DNA of 64,000 nt from Neolecta irregularis DAH-3 (lineage: Eukaryota): assembly GCA_001929475.1 (NCBI GenBank), contig LXFE01000126.1:62001-126000 (forward strand). Reading direction: 5' to 3'. Each line of letters starts with the position of its first letter. Position 1 is the stretch's first letter. Of this stretch, positions 11,701 to 26,356 are shown in pieces. The notes below the pieces were generated by a model that saw nothing but the letters and a program-made list of their open reading frames with translations, searched no databases and had not been told where the DNA came from. The position numbers and the translations under genes are program-made.

Positions 11701-14700
11701 CAGGACTGAATCGCAAAGTTCTTGAAGCCCAGCATTCAGTTTTTTGAGAGATGAGTCTTCATCGATTACATCCAATGTCTCAATTCCCGCTAGCCGCGCT
11801 GAAGAAATAACCTCAGAAATCCATTCCGAAAACGGCTGGATTATGTATTTGACCGAAGGGGTAATGGTCACAGACCTGTTGATAAAAGCAAAAATCTCCT
11901 TACAGAATGTGACAAAATCATCTATCAGAGAGAATTGAATACAAGTGCTGATTTTGAGCTCTGAAGTCGCTTGTTCCGAGAAACTCTGACAACGATCTTC
12001 AGCCACAGACTTGAAATCCTGCAACACCTCGACCAAGGATGCACAATTATCCAGTGCAATAAGATCGTTATGACGATTGATAGTCTTAATTATGTCATGC
12101 AGGTAGAGCGGGAGTAGACGACAGCATGATTTCAGATTCTCCAATTTCTCGATACATCTAGGAGCCGTAATGATTGCAGACGCATTATCTGGAGTAAGTT
12201 CTCGAATCCTTTGGATGGTTCTTTGCATAATTTTAAGATCATTGAAATTCGCAACAACAACACGTCTTTCATTAAGAACAACAGACAAAAGAAATTCAAA
12301 CATTACCGACGCTCGACGAACCTCAGAGTGCGTCAAATCTGTTGAATGTCCAAGGGCAGCAGCACGACATCGCGGAATACTTTCGAGAATAGCAAAGAAG
12401 TATTGACTCATCCTCTCGCTTTGTTTGTCAAGATGCGATAAAGTTGCTGAAGTTTCTAGAGCAGGAAGAGAACACATAAGTTCCGCAACACTTGCCTGAG
12501 ACCTGATAATATCCGCAGAGATGTTTGATTTGATACCCCATTGTCTGATATGTTTGAGAGTATCAGCAAATAATTTATGTTTTCGGACTTTGAGATTCTT
12601 TACAGCACTCTCGTTTTCTGAATCCAGAAAGACTGGTGTCTCTTTTTGCAAAATTCTTATGTTTTCAAGTAAGGAGCCTGTAAAATTTTCGAGATGAGAT
12701 GAAATGAAAATATCACCTGAACTAACACTGTTCTGAAAGATCTTGCGCATTCTGCTGATTGTAGGTTTGATTTCAATCAGCCTTGAAGGTCGATTGTTTG
12801 ATTTGAGGACTATCTCAAGAACATGAACAGGCAATTCAGATACAACCTCTGGAATTTGGCCGAGTGATGCAATGCAGAGATTGCTCGAATTATTTCCTCT
12901 TGTTTCTAGAACAATACCGACCTCCAAGATTGTCGAAAGAGGTTGTTGTAAGACTTCTTGATACTTCCTTACAACTTTGTAAAGGCTGTAATGCGATTTC
13001 TTGGAGCTTTCTCTGAGAGCAAAGACATTTGTATCTCGCCAACTTGCTAATTTGGCAACCTCGGATATGTCTTTCTCCAGGATCTTCCGTTGCTCTAGAA
13101 TCGAGCTCTGGACCTGATGCAGAAACTGGGAGTAAAGGTGAGTGATATTTCCGAGCATATCGGCTATCTTTCGAAACTCTGGGTACAAGGTTTGATAGAC
13201 ACTGGCATGCTGCCAGAAAGCTTGAACGATTCGCAGGCGAGTTTCGAACTGACCCTTGTTTGAGGATTGAAGTAGACTATTGACAACGCCTGAAAGGTCC
13301 AGAATATGGGAACTCAGGTCGGAAGAAGAATCTTCAAGAATTTGCAAGGGATTTCGGACACAACTCTCGTATAGATTATACCACCATTTTGAGGCACTCT
13401 CTCTGCAATAGTGATCTTCGAGGTCAAATAGCTGTGACCAAGAATTGAGCTCTAATCGCCGCCATTTTATAATGAGATCCCGAAGTTGCGTTTGGCGTTC
13501 ACTGATGGAATAGTGTCGGCTTGCAACTTTCTCCCAGTCGTCTAACATAAAGAACAAACGCTCAAGCTTCGATAAGAAGGCGGCCAGAGGAGAACTTTCC
13601 GGCATGTCTAAGAGAGCTTGACAAGAGATTTGCGCATCTTGAAGAGTAGCATGTTCCGGCCAAAGGTCCAGAAGAGGTTCTAGATCCGCATCGAGCTTTA
13701 GCAGGTGAGATCGCAAACTTTCTGCTTCTTCAAAGTTCGGATCCTTATAAAAGCTATATGGGCGTTGTGTACGACGAGATTTCAAGGGCGATAAATAGCT
13801 GGAATGGTTGATAATAGCGATTTGAACTATGAGCGGTTCAATGCTTGGGGTAATTCCAATAGGATCGATTTGGATTGCATCACAAAAGATCCTTCTGCTG
13901 TCCGCCAAAATCCCATCGAAATCGACGAGAACGGGATCATACAGTTCGCCGAAAAGTTGCTCGTGTAACTTAACTAAAGCCATTGCGATATTGTCTCCGT
14001 CGGTCTCTTTAACCACAGATCCAATATCATCTTCGAAATCTGGGAACATGCCTCTTACTTTATCCTCAATAGAATCATTCTCATCTGGCACATTTCGATA
14101 CAGACTATTCGCAGCAGCAGCCTCTTCTTTTTCTATTTGGATTTTCAGAGTATGATGCTTGAGGAATCGGATAAAAGGTTGTTCAGAGTAGCAAACTTTC
14201 TGGGTTTGTGATAGTGTCCTTTTAAAACTGTCTTTCGCCAAATGTACAAGCCAGTATGTTTCTCCGAATAGGTTTGTATCCAATCCAGTCGCTAAACCAA
14301 GGACATCTGCTCGGGTCGATGATGAAGCCAAGATATGTGGAATTGATAACAGATCCTGAAAGATGCAGCCGCGATCATTACGAATTAGCTCGTTCTGTTT
14401 CCAAATTGTTCCACAGGCCACGAGAGACACACCAAGAATCAGCCGCTCAACCATTTGACATAAGGGCTCTAGTAAATCGACGTAACTGGCGTAGTCTTTT
14501 CGTAACTTGTCAACAAAATGGTTCCAAGTCTGACGGAACATTTTCGTCTCCAGAATAGCATTTTGCCGACCCGAGCAAAGGTTCTCTACAAGATTTTCGA
14601 CTAAAGATGATGTGACTACAATTGACATGAAATTTTCAATATCCTGGTATATAGAGGCGATTTGAGGTTTCCGAGGACGATAACGATTGACAGTCAAAAT

Positions 14701-17700
14701 GGGGGATTGAGGACTAAGTTCTTCGATTCTTTGCCCCAGCAGGTCAATAGTTGGACTTGACGAAGACCCACTAATATTGAATTCTACCCAACGACGTACT
14801 TCAAGCTCCTCACGAAGACCGAAGCATTTATGTTCGTAAATATGATGCTCAACAATCGCCTCCATTGCCGGGTCGTAGGGTTTGTCCGGAACATATAAAA
14901 GCAATAGGCTTTTTGAAAATTGAATAGTAGCTTGACCAGATAAATATAATCGTTTGGAATATTCCCTTTCAGCCACGAAGGCCTCTATAAATCCGATAAC
15001 CTTTGAGAAGTGACTTAGCCAAAGCTTTGAAAAGTATTTTGCTGTAATACTGACGAATGGTATTTGTTGAATGACTAGGCATATTTGAACGATATCCTCG
15101 CTTCTAGTGCTTTGTAGGTTTGACATAGAATCGAGAAATGTCCATTTATCTGAACTCTCGAGTTCTTGGGGTGGGATTTCTAGATGAAGCTTGATAATCT
15201 GTCACGTTATCTATAAGATTCGTAAATCATGCATACTTGGATAAAGTGAAGTAAGATTGAGAGCAGTAAGAAATCCAGCTTGTCAGAACACATAGACTCG
15301 GTAGATCGTGCTATTTCCCGACCGAGAAGAGCGTACTGAAATCGTGCATCATGAGTGTATCGTAACGAATGGCTCTGATTTCTGCTGCTGCACATTAACA
15401 ATGCTAAAATAAATTCAAAACACACTGATTCTTCAAAAAGAGTGAGAGTGCTTCTCCATTCAGCCAGTCAGCCAGATCGTCCCGAACTCTCTAAATTATT
15501 AGCGTGTGAACGAAAGACTTGGAACTACCTTCGAATCAGACATGAAATTGGAGGTTTCAGGTCTATTGAGAAGGAACAGTAAGATTGATTTATCCTTTGA
15601 GAGCACTGGAACCTTAGTTTATACAGAGCTCATTTGAGTACCCGCAGATAACACTTCGGTAGACGAAATTCCCGAGAGATGTAAGAGCTCCATAGTTTCT
15701 GATTTCAGAAGTGTGTCCTTAATCTTCAACTTCAATTTGATAAAAGAAAATTACATTTGAAAATTTTGAATGTAGCATTTGGTACTGCACCAAGGTGCGA
15801 AATGCCTGCGTTTGTAAAACGGAAGTCTCTCTTGGGATGATAACGCTCACTAGCTGTGCAGTGAGATCCCTGATAGACTAGAATATTAGCATAATTACCA
15901 GAGAGTGAGGTTGACTTTGAACAGACCGTCTGAATCGTGCAGAATTTTGGATGAACATTGAGATTCGATAATAGCGGCTATGAATGTCCTCTTCGCCTGA
16001 ATCACCATGTTGAGATCTTGTAATGAGAGAGGTACATATGTCATGATAAAACCTAAAGAAGAGGAGGCAGCTCTTTCAAATTGACTCAACAGTTGTACTG
16101 AGTCATTGAAGAACACCCAGGCAGCTTCATTTGTAGGTCGCTCAATACGAAAAGCTGACCATATACACTTCATAGAAAATCCTCTATTTAACTTCAATGT
16201 CTGAGAGAATTCGTTGAGTGAACTCAGAAGGTCAAAAATCAACGGCGAAGTTTGGGCTTCATTATTTCGCTGAAGACTGTCTTCCAGTACCTTGCGGTAT
16301 GTGTGTAAATGACTGGGATTGAAGTTTTCGGATGCTGCGTTTTCTAGGAGATGTCGGAGTATGATGAGGAAATCTTCAAAGGCATTGAGTTCAAGCTGAC
16401 AGTTAACGTTAGAAGGAATATTGGGGTTACTCGTGTCGCACACTCATATCTTCTTTGGGATAACCAGTTATTCCCTTTAACAACAACAGAATTAATAAAC
16501 TTTGCTAATTCAGGGGACTCATATGCCTGAGGAGTCGATGATTGTGGCACTTCTAATAGTGACAAGGATCGTTCGAGAAAAGTCATTCTAGAAGGTATTT
16601 TTCTTCGAGATTGTGAAAGATATTGTTCCATCAAATCTGAAATGGATTTCCATAAACAAAGAATCTCATAGACGAGGGAAAGGTCGAAAGAACGAACATG
16701 CAATTGACAATCGGCGGATAAAGGTGCAATGATATATGGATTATTGATTGAATTAATCGACTATAAAAACAACTATCAGTACAAGACATAAAGCTTGGCT
16801 GTGAAAAGCCAAAATGACGCACCTGTACTAGCATGTAAGAAGCAGGCAATTTGAGATACCTCTGAACTTCGGAATAATGTTTCTGAATATCTTCAACGAA
16901 TGGATGTTGAGTTAACATTTCATATAGAGTGCCTATTTGAGTGAATTGCAGTTCTGAAGAACTTTTGAGCCAGTTTTGGAACATTGTGTTCCTCGAATGT
17001 GGAAAGAACTCTGTGAGGTTTCGAAGAAGCTTATTGACCACAGACTCATTTCTCATTTGTGATCCAAAAGACACAAGGCTCCTTTCAAGAGATTGAATTC
17101 GATAGAAATCAGACTCAATTTGACCTGCATAACATTTATCAGGAATTTCATCGATCAAGATTTGCGGAATGAATATTTCAATTCCACGATTTCGCATGGC
17201 TCTAGATAATTCGCCATATCGTGGGTTGATCGTGAGGAAGAGTCTAAAATTCTTATGAGGCACGACCACCCTTGGTTGACCATCGGCTTCATTTCGCTCG
17301 TTGACAGTTAGATAGCCCTTCGGTTCTAAGAGGGAATTCAATCGATCAAGTACTGATGAACTGCAGAGATTTGCATTATCTAGGACCAGCCATTTTCCTT
17401 GTTCGACAGCCCGAAGGAGAATTCCATCAAGCCATTCGAACCCGGTAAATGAAGGATGTCTGATAGAGTGATGGAGGGTTCGAGCTCGAGCAGCAATAAC
17501 TTGATCTGCCGAACCAGATGATGTTTCGAAAACCATGGCTAAGTGCAGAAGCAACGCTGATATCTTGTCCAACTTGAATGAATCGCTGTAGAAGGCAGTT
17601 GCAAGGACATCGAATGCTATTGAAGAATCTTGAATAAATGCGGATGAAACAAGGCTTTTAACAACAGAGTCTTTCGTATCATCTAGAAATTGTCGGACTT

Positions 17701-20700
17701 GACGAAATATATCTACCTGTTCAAAACCTCCAAGGAGATCCATTGTGTCGATGTCATTGTTGAGAGAGAATTCCTCAAGGTTGGCACCGACAATTGACGA
17801 AAGCACTCGAATCATAGTCGTTTTCCCCGAGCCAGATGGTCCGACGAGAATGACAGGCCATCTTTGCTGGATACACAGCATCATAAGCTCAAGAGGTAGC
17901 AATTGTGAAGTAAGTGGAGAATAAGACACCACTGGGGACTTCAGAACATGTTGAGATCTTTCCAGAATGCTATGACCAACTTGAAAGGCATCTTTTGTCA
18001 TGTGATGATGCATATTTCGAGGTGTTGGTGATGTACCAAAGGATTCTGCGCAAAGATCATCGATATGATTTCGATCGACGTCATTTCGAAACCTTTGCTT
18101 GATAACAACATCGAGGAAGTCAAGAGGTGATTGCCACTGAATGAAACCACTCTTACATGACAAAAGATCAAGCCAACGCATTGCATCGCGCAAATTAAAC
18201 TCCCAAGGAGCCCCATCATGACCAAAGAGTTGTTCTATGACAGTTTTTCGTCCCAGAAGAGTCATAAATTCGATGATCTTAGCGATAATAGACTGATCGA
18301 TTTGAGGATAGACATGACAACAAATATTCATCATGTCTGTTTGTGTTAATGGTTCTACGTATACAACAGTAAACCTGTTGATGAATGATCTGGGCAGGCC
18401 TTTCCTGCCGCCTCCTTGATCATGAGGATTTTGAGCAGCAAACACACGGAATTGTGGATCACAGTTGAATGATCGATCAAGCTCGGGAATATATGCCTCA
18501 CCTCGATGATCAAGACAAGAATTTAATCCTTCAAGCACAGATTGAGAAGCCAGGTTCATTTCGTCAAGAAGAACCCAATGACCCTGTTGCATGGCCTGCA
18601 AGAATGGCGCATTCCTCCAGGTAAACTCACCGTTCTGCCCGCCTTCTACTGGGACGTCTGATCCGAAGAGGTCTATAAGATCTGTCTGCTCCGAAAGGTT
18701 AATTCGAGTAAGGGGATATCCAGCGGCGGCTGCAATTGCTGAGATTAAACTCGTTTTCCCGACTCCAGGGCTTCCCTCAAGCAAAACAGGCTTTCGAACA
18801 TGCAATGCTCGAGCAACTCGCATAGCATTAAGCGCAGTTGTCGATGAATTCATATTGAATGATGAAGCCTTAGGAGGTAAGCTACCTCGAGGAATCCCGA
18901 ATATCCCGATGTCAAATAAAGAATTAGAGATATTGACCACCGGTGTTGATTTGATAAGCTCTGGAATTTCGCATTGCATAATTTCAGCCAACTTGTTGTA
19001 ACATTTGGTCCGTTCAAATTGTAAGGCGTTAGGAATAGTAGTGAGTCTCGATGAAGTATTTGCACCAAGAGAATCGATCAGAACCATCGCCGCTCCAGAG
19101 AAGAAACTTGCCTGATACCCAAGAAGGTCGACGGTAGAGTTCACAAAGTGAGTCCAAGAAAGGATATCTCGTATCGAAATTACAGTCGTCATAGCTCCCG
19201 AATCATACTCGATAATGAACCACCTTGAAAATCGAACGATAAAGTTAGCATACTGAGAGACTGTAGATATCAATCGAGATTGCACGATGAATGTAATATC
19301 ATCCTCATTCGTGATAGCTGGTACCCATATTTCTGTAAATCGATTTCGTAGAGCAGGTGATAATTCTCTCTTGCCATAATCACCGCCGGGATTCATGGTA
19401 GCCAGGAACCGAAATTCATTCACAGCAATAATTTTATCAGAGTCCGTTCCTCGTTCCGCCAATACGATCGACCTTTCAGTTTCAAGGACACTATTAAGGC
19501 GTTCCAGGACGGAATCTTCAGCAAGCGAAATTTCGTCAAGAAGAAAGAAATCACCTTGCTTCATTGCTTGCACCAAACAACCGTCCTGCCATTCAAACAG
19601 TTTTCGACACTTTTTGATATTGCCTTCAACGCGAGCGATCGTTTCAAGAAGGGACACATCAATGATCTGATCAAGATTAAGTTGACGATAAGCTTTCAAC
19701 AAAGCAGATAAATCAGCGTCTGAATCTTGTTGAAATGCCAAAAGTATTGTTTTAACATCCCGACCTAGTTCAGCTTCCAATATCTGGCGGCCACGAAAGG
19801 GTCTCTGAGTGCCAATTATATCGCCGGTCTCCGTATTCTGATGGGCATTGAGGATATGCAGCTTTCTTCCAAACGCAGTTGCCAAAAATTGGCAAATACT
19901 AGTCTTCCCGCACCCCGTTTCGCCAACTAATAAAACAGGTTCTCGATATCGCAAAGAGAGTACAACAAGAGTAAACACACGCTTTAATGCTTTAGTCCAT
20001 ACCATGTTATTCTTCAAGGAATCTCTCTCCAGTTGTTGAAATTCGCGTAGATTCTGACAATTGTACAGTGTTGACTCGTCAATAATAACTTTCATAACTT
20101 TCTCAATGACCAACTTGACAGCTTGGCGTTCATCATTTCGACGGATTCGTTCAGCAAGCAACATATATCCATTCTCCGCAAGCTGTTGGTAGCCAATAGC
20201 CTCTCTACCGGCCCACCGAAACAAGTCTCTCAGCGTCGCAAAACTTTTCTTTTGTTCAAATAAACGAGTTGTTTGTCTTCTAACAGCGAGTTGCTATTTG
20301 ATCAGCTTGCCAAGTTGTTACAGAAGAAATTTACTTTATAAACCTCTACAATCTTTTTACAATAACTCGGAGCAATCTTACAACGTTCGCAAAGGATGAT
20401 TTCAAGTTCTTCCTCGGGAATATCATCGAAATGCAACTCCAAAAACCGATTTCGAAATGCTCGTGAAAGATATTTCCTTCCACCATAGAGACCAGGTGGA
20501 TTTTGTGTCGCAAAAAGCATGAAATTTGGATGTGGTTTTACGATTTCCTGAGTTTCGGGGATGTGGAGTTCTCGATTATCATCGAGTAGCCGATTTAACG
20601 CTTCGAGAACATCAGAGGGAGCAAGGTTTAGCTCGTCAAGGACAATCCAGTGTCCCTTTCGGAGGGCTTCAACGAGAATCCCTTCTACAAAAGCCAACTT

Positions 20701-23700
20701 ACCTTCATCATTCGAAACATAGGTTCCGATATACTCCTGAAGATCTGTGTGTTCATGGTTGTTGATTCTCACAAATTTGTGACCCGTTTTCTTGGCGATA
20801 TAGTCAATCATGCTAGTTTTCCCAGTAGAAGTCGGTCCTTGAATCAAGACTGGAATGCGACCAGTAGCAATCGCACGAGACAAGTTCAACATATTCTTCT
20901 TGACAAATGGAGTAATGATATAATGGCTTTGCTCTTCGATTGGAAAGTCACCTCGAGGCATCCAATAATGTTCAAATTGCACGAAATTCTGAGGAGGATG
21001 AGGACATCGAGGAATTTGGCTCAATATACTCTTAACGGCGGCCGGTGATCCCAAGAATGTCTTCTCAATAACTGAACGAACTGGAATCTCGCTTTCTTTA
21101 TCGAGGAGAGTGAGAAAGGACATACAGAATCCCTCGTACAAAGATCGTCGAACACCATATATACTTGCCATATCGCAGACATACATCAAGGTTCTCGATA
21201 GTGTTCGAATGCTAAAATGGGGTTTTTGACGAGCTCCATCAACGATTTTATTTGTCTTGGCTTCATTTCGAAGGAAGGAATATAACTGCGCTGTCTCCGC
21301 GCAAATCGTTTCTTCATTGATAGTCAATCTGCCAATATACTTCTTGATAATCGCAACAAGGTCATGCATATCTTGGTCGGGTGATGCAACGTATATTTCG
21401 GTAAAGCGACTTCGTAGACCGGCAGGTAAGTCTCGTTTGCCTACATCTGTAGCAGGATTCATACAAGCGAAAACTCGAAACTCTGGGTGTGGCTTTATAG
21501 GTTCCAAATCAGCTTTGTCTGAAAGTACTATTTGTGGATTTTCTTGGAGGAGAGAAGAGATGCTTTCGATGGTATCATGGGCAGCAAGATTGATCTCATC
21601 GAGAAGTACCCAATCGCCTGCTCGAACAGCTTTGACGAATGTGCCTTCAACGAACGAAAACGCAAATCCATTTCGCGATTTTTCGAAATTCTCAATTTCA
21701 GAGGCAAAGAGTTTCCATTGAGGTAAGAGTTCCAACTGATTGGTTCTTCTTTTCTTCTTTGGGTGTGAAGTTGATTCTATGATGGCAAACTTCTTTTCTG
21801 CCATTTTTACTGAATCGCGAAGCAATACGACAAATCTGCTCCACTGTTGCTTGCGATAGACCTTTGCAACGACTTCCAAAAATGTGTTATTTGCAGTCTT
21901 GCTCCCTGAGAAAGTCTTGCTGAATAGTTGATCAAATTTTTCTTTAAGTTTGATTCCCACAGCTCTTGAATCAATGGGTTTATAACCTCCGAGAAGATCA
22001 CCGCTTTCTGTCTGTTGAGATAAATTTATAACTGTGAGGTTGTGACCACAAGTCTCTGCAAGATGTTGAATGACAGTAGTCTTTCCGGTCCCAGTCTCAC
22101 CGACTAGAAGAATCGGCTCATTTAACCTAATCGAGGAAGCAAGTTGTTCCATAAGCCGAAGTGCGTGATTCGTGTTTGCAAATGTCCGAGGTCGAAAATT
22201 CGAAGGATAACGAGGAAGAGAGGCTCTTCCAATAATAAGTTGAGTGTCTGATCGGTGATATCGTGGTACGTGCGAGGATAAATAAATACCAATTCGTTCT
22301 AATGGTAATTCCATGATTTTCCCAATCTTTTGTACAAGAAGGTATCTTCCTTCAGGATTTGGAATCATCCCTGCAAAACAATCGCAGGCTTCTTGGAATA
22401 TCCCATCGTATATATCGGCACTGATTGCAGCCCCGGCAGAAATTCCAAAAGCCTCGAATAGTGCATTGATTCGATTTGACCATTTGATGAGATCCCTAGT
22501 GGTAATCATCCGTCCAAGACCTGTTTTGCAAATTGAGAGAAATGAAGATTCCTTAAACGTTGACTGTACAACCCCAAAAACTTGTAAAACCTTTTCCGAG
22601 AAAACTCCAAATTGCGGATATCTCGACCGTACTATATCCAGCAATTCTGTATCATCTGGGTGGACAATCTGAATCCGCCTCCACAACCTCGAGCCGACAA
22701 CATTTTCGTTCCGGTCATGGTTACCCATTGTCCCAATGAGTTGAAATCCCTTGCCTGCATGAATCTTTTCTCCGCGAGAAGGAATTGACAGATACCGCGA
22801 CTCCATCAAGGGTAAAAACACACTCAACACATCGTTTGGTGCACGATCGACATCTTCAATAAGAATCCAGCTTCCACGTTGAACCGCGGTTGTAAGAATC
22901 CCATCTTTCCATTCAAAAGACCCAGGAGTTGTCGTGGAAATATACGTACCAAGCAATAACTTTGCATCGGTTTGCTCGCTGAGATGAATTCTTACGATAT
23001 CTAAGGAAATTAATCAAGATTTTCAGAGAGGAATGGACAAACCATCATATCTCCCTAGCCTTTTTGAAACCTGTTCGAGTAGAAACGATTTTCCGCTTCC
23101 AGGAGATCCATGTAATAAAATTGGTTCGTTTGAAAGAAGACCTTTTGCAATGTTTTGAACGTTCAATCTTGTCGTTGGAGTCAAGATAATTTGGGTATCT
23201 TGACAAGTTGAAAATTGAGGGAAAAGAATACCACATAGATTAACAATGTTGGGCGATAAATCCGCATCAGTGAGTCTCCGAGAATCAGTCTTAGTGAAAT
23301 AGTCAATTGTCCCATGTAATTTCTTCGCGGCGTTAATCCTACGAATTTCAAGGAGTCTGATGGAGTCAGTGATTCATCTTTATTTAGACATACGGAAGTA
23401 GAGTGAGATCTTGATTTTCTAGTCCTTCGAATTCCAGAAAAATGGATTCTTTTCCGACATGTTTTTCAAGGATCGTGTCTCTTGCGGCATCAGCGGCATT
23501 TGTCAAAATACACAATATCCGAACAACGAGGAACCGAACCGCACGATCGGGATGACGTAGAAAGGGTTGAACTGTCTGTATTCCAACGAGATTTTTAAAT
23601 TCTTGGTAATCGAATGAAAGAAGACGATGAACTGCAAGTAGAATATTTTGCAGGTATATAGCGTCAATAGCCTAGGTGCATCAGTTAAATAGAAAGAATA

Positions 23701-24075
23701 AAAGAGAGGTACAGAGATACTAGAGTCACCTGAACTTGGGGAAATATGGGAGATTTTCCGGAAAAATTGTCTGTTATCAGACAGATATCTCTGCGCGTAG
23801 AAATTCAAATCTCTGTCAATTGGTAAAATTCTTCCAAACGCGATGACAACGGCATCTGGATCTTCCACATCATTCCATCTTGCTACCAGATCTGGAAAAA
23901 TGGGCTGAAAATGATGATATATAGGAAGAGTAAGGCGGGGAGATAGTGCGAGTGTCGACATTTGTTTCAAATAGTTTGTTTTAAAACGCTTTTGCTTTTC
24001 TGAAGAAGAGAGAAAAGACGATAGTCTCTCTTCAGCAGCTGTAAGATCCAGAGATAATGGATCAGGGAATACCAT
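8768..24075 (-). CDS. MDN1: Midasin/Rea1 dynein-like AAA ATPase (six AAA modules, linker, D/E-rich region, C-terminal VWA/MIDAS), roughly 4900 aa; spliced
   Basis: Repeated Walker A motifs (GSPGSGKS, GETGTGKT, GPTSTGKT, GETGCGKT, GSPGVGKT, GPSGSGKT), LDEINLA/LDELNLA, RNRF, acidic tail, GKRLNMKRIIPYIASQFKKDKIWMRRTKPSKRQYQI, DDSKSM; about 12 short introns. Confidence 0.97.
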
Positions 24076-24134
24076 CTCGGATACGATCTCGCCTGTGAGG
24101 GTCACGAATCTTTCCCTTTTTGGTGGAGTGAAGG

Positions 24135-24165
24135 GAAAATTTTGGGAAATAATGAAAACTTTTCA
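24135..24165. promoter_or_regulatory. RRPE-like elements upstream of MDN1
   Basis: GAAAATTTT (24135-24143) and palindromic TGAAAACTTTTCA (24153-24165), 60-90 bp upstream of the midasin ATG; resemble the ribosome-biogenesis RRPE (TGAAAAATTTT). Confidence 0.4.
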
Positions 24166-24319
24166 ACAAGCAAGATACACATGCCATGATTCCTGATACA
24201 TGGAAAGGTTTCTAGCGAGTATTTCTAGTTGGATACATGTGCAATGTCTAATCGACTGGTGGAATTACAAAAAGGTAAAAAGGTTATATCGCATTATTAT
24301 TCACGATAAAATTCGATAT

Positions 24320-24881
24320 TTATTGCTGAGCCTTCTTGCCTCTAACCGTCTTAACTTTAGCAGCCTTCTTTTCCTTTTGTGACAAGAGGATAGCACATGT
24401 ACGGGCAACAGCAGCCTATACATTAGTCTTTTTCCATCTCGATATGTAAACCTTTCGCAGATCAGGGCGGTAGCGTTTCCGGGTCGTAGAGTTTACAATC
24501 GCCAGGGCTACTTTTCGAGATGACTTGTGTTGTTTAAAAGTAATTTTATTCAGGGTTTTGCATGGTTTTTGACCCGTTTTACCAAAGGAGTTTTTAGTGA
24601 TGAGGGATATTCCCTTGCCTGAGGGCGCAGCGACTACTCCGATGGCCTTTTAATTAAATTTATGTGAGTAAAGGGGGGATACTTTAGCATTTGATAGGCC
24701 AGAGTGCTTGAAAGAATGCTTATTGAGCAGATTTAACGGTTCGCGGGAAAACACAACTTGGCCTGCATCTTTTCTTTTCACGATGAAAGAAGAGTTGTTC
24801 TAAGGTTAGTGCTTGTTTGAATTGCATGAATACTCGAATGCACTGCCAAACGAGATCGTGGGAAACGTTTCCGGGAGTCAT
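24320..24881 (-). CDS. 60S ribosomal protein eL28 (L28e/Mak16 family); absent from the ORF track because of 3 introns
   Basis: Spliced: MTPGNVSHDLVWQCIR|NNSSFIVKRKDAGQVVFSREPLNLLNKHSFKHSGLSNAK|AIGV...YRPDLRK|AAVARTCAILLSQKEKKAAKVKTVRGKKAQQ*. Confidence 0.92.
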
Positions 24882-24932
24882 TATGGAATTGGTGGTGTAT
24901 CGTGGTGCGAAATGAAAGCGGATACGAAATAG

Positions 24933-24940
24933 CAGTCACG
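24933..24940. promoter_or_regulatory. HomolD box of a ribosomal protein gene promoter
   Basis: Exact CAGTCACG about 52 bp upstream of the eL28 ATG; HomolD (CAGTCAC[A/G], either orientation) is the established core element of fission-yeast RP genes. Confidence 0.7.
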
Positions 24941-25045
24941 TATAACCACCAGAAACTAGAATTGCTCTTTGTGTTGTAAACGATATGATAAATAAAAACA
25001 AAACACAGAGGAAATATCGGAAATCCAGATATATGAACCTCGCTA

Positions 25046-26333
25046 TTAATCAGTCGTTAAATCTTCAATACGTTCTACTAATAAACTCCCATTCGGGCTC
25101 AATTCTTTATAAGCCTCTAGCGACCCAGCCATCTCAGGTTCAAATATCTTTCTAGGAAAAGGAGAAATCAACCGAAAGCGATATTCGTGGTGGTAATTTT
25201 CAGGTTTTTGTATATTTGTAAACCTGCAATTTTCATCCACAAGGAGATCCTGGCATTGTATGAATGCATAAAGGATATCGATATCTGAATCGCGATTGAA
25301 ATGTCGGACGATTCTTTGGCCAGAGTGTAGTCGAAAGTTGATTTTGGTGGTTTGTGGTCCTGTGGGTTCTTTGATAAACTCATTTACTCGCCATTTTCTC
25401 CACTGGTCTGATTTTTGCCGAGCAATTTCTTTTTTCCGTAGAGTTTCTGCTGCAAGTTGTTCTTCCCGGGCAATTCTTTCGCGTTCTTGGGCAATTTGAC
25501 GAGTACGCTCTCTGTCTCTGGCTAGAGAAGCGTGATATGCTGAATCTTGACCTTGGCGTATTTGACGGGCTGTTTGCTCTTCTATTCTTTTAGCACGAAG
25601 GGCTTCTATTGTTGGTGAGTGGAGGGATATAGCAGAGGTTATTGTGTTTATAAGTTGAACAGGTGAGACTAGTCCCTCAATCCGGGCAAGAACAGCCATG
25701 GGAGTCGAAGAACTGGATGAATTGTACGCTACCAAAGCCATAAATGGAAACCGAGTACATTGTAGTTTTGATACGACTGGACGTCAGATTGGAAAAAAGT
25801 ACAGGGTTTGCCTTGGTAGGCTTCTGTTTTTGAGACGGAGCCGGCCCATAGTAGAAGATTTTGTTCTTGGATAAATGTGACGAGTTCTGGATTGCACAGG
25901 ACTTGCCTAGTTTGTTTGTTTTTGACTTTTGCAATAAAATACCGATTGAATTGTGGAGTTTCGTCATGTTGGTCGCTTTGTAGTACGACGACGAGATATC
26001 GCAATTCCTGTTTTGCTAGTTTTAAAGCAACTTGGAATCCGCCTTTGAAGAATGGAACTAGAGTCAGATGAGATAGACCTATTATTTGCCATGCTGGGTG
26101 CCAAATTCCTGTTCAAAAGTGCGCTGAAATTCTTGAGCGTTTTCTTCATTTGAGAGTAGTCTTTGGTGTGGTATGAATAGTAAAGGAGAGAATACGGCAA
26201 GGAGGGTGAGAGACAGTGCTTTTGAGATATTCCAGGCGAGAATAAAGGGGAAAGTGAATATTGCGATCAGACCCATAGATATAAAGATGCAATAGAGAAT
26301 TCTGGTATCCGGTTTTTGGTGGTGACCTTCCAT
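25046..26333 (-). CDS. UBX-domain protein with UAS domain and hydrophobic N-terminal segment (Ubx2/Ubx3/FAF2-like), spliced
   Basis: PFFKGGF, LVVVLQSDQHDETPQFN, EAYQVVSKLQCTRFPF, RQIRQGQDSAYHASLARDRER, INFRLHSGQRIVRHF, FRLISPFPRK; 3 introns, two with GC donors. Confidence 0.85.
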
Positions 26334-26356
26334 ATCAACCACCAATATCCACCACC

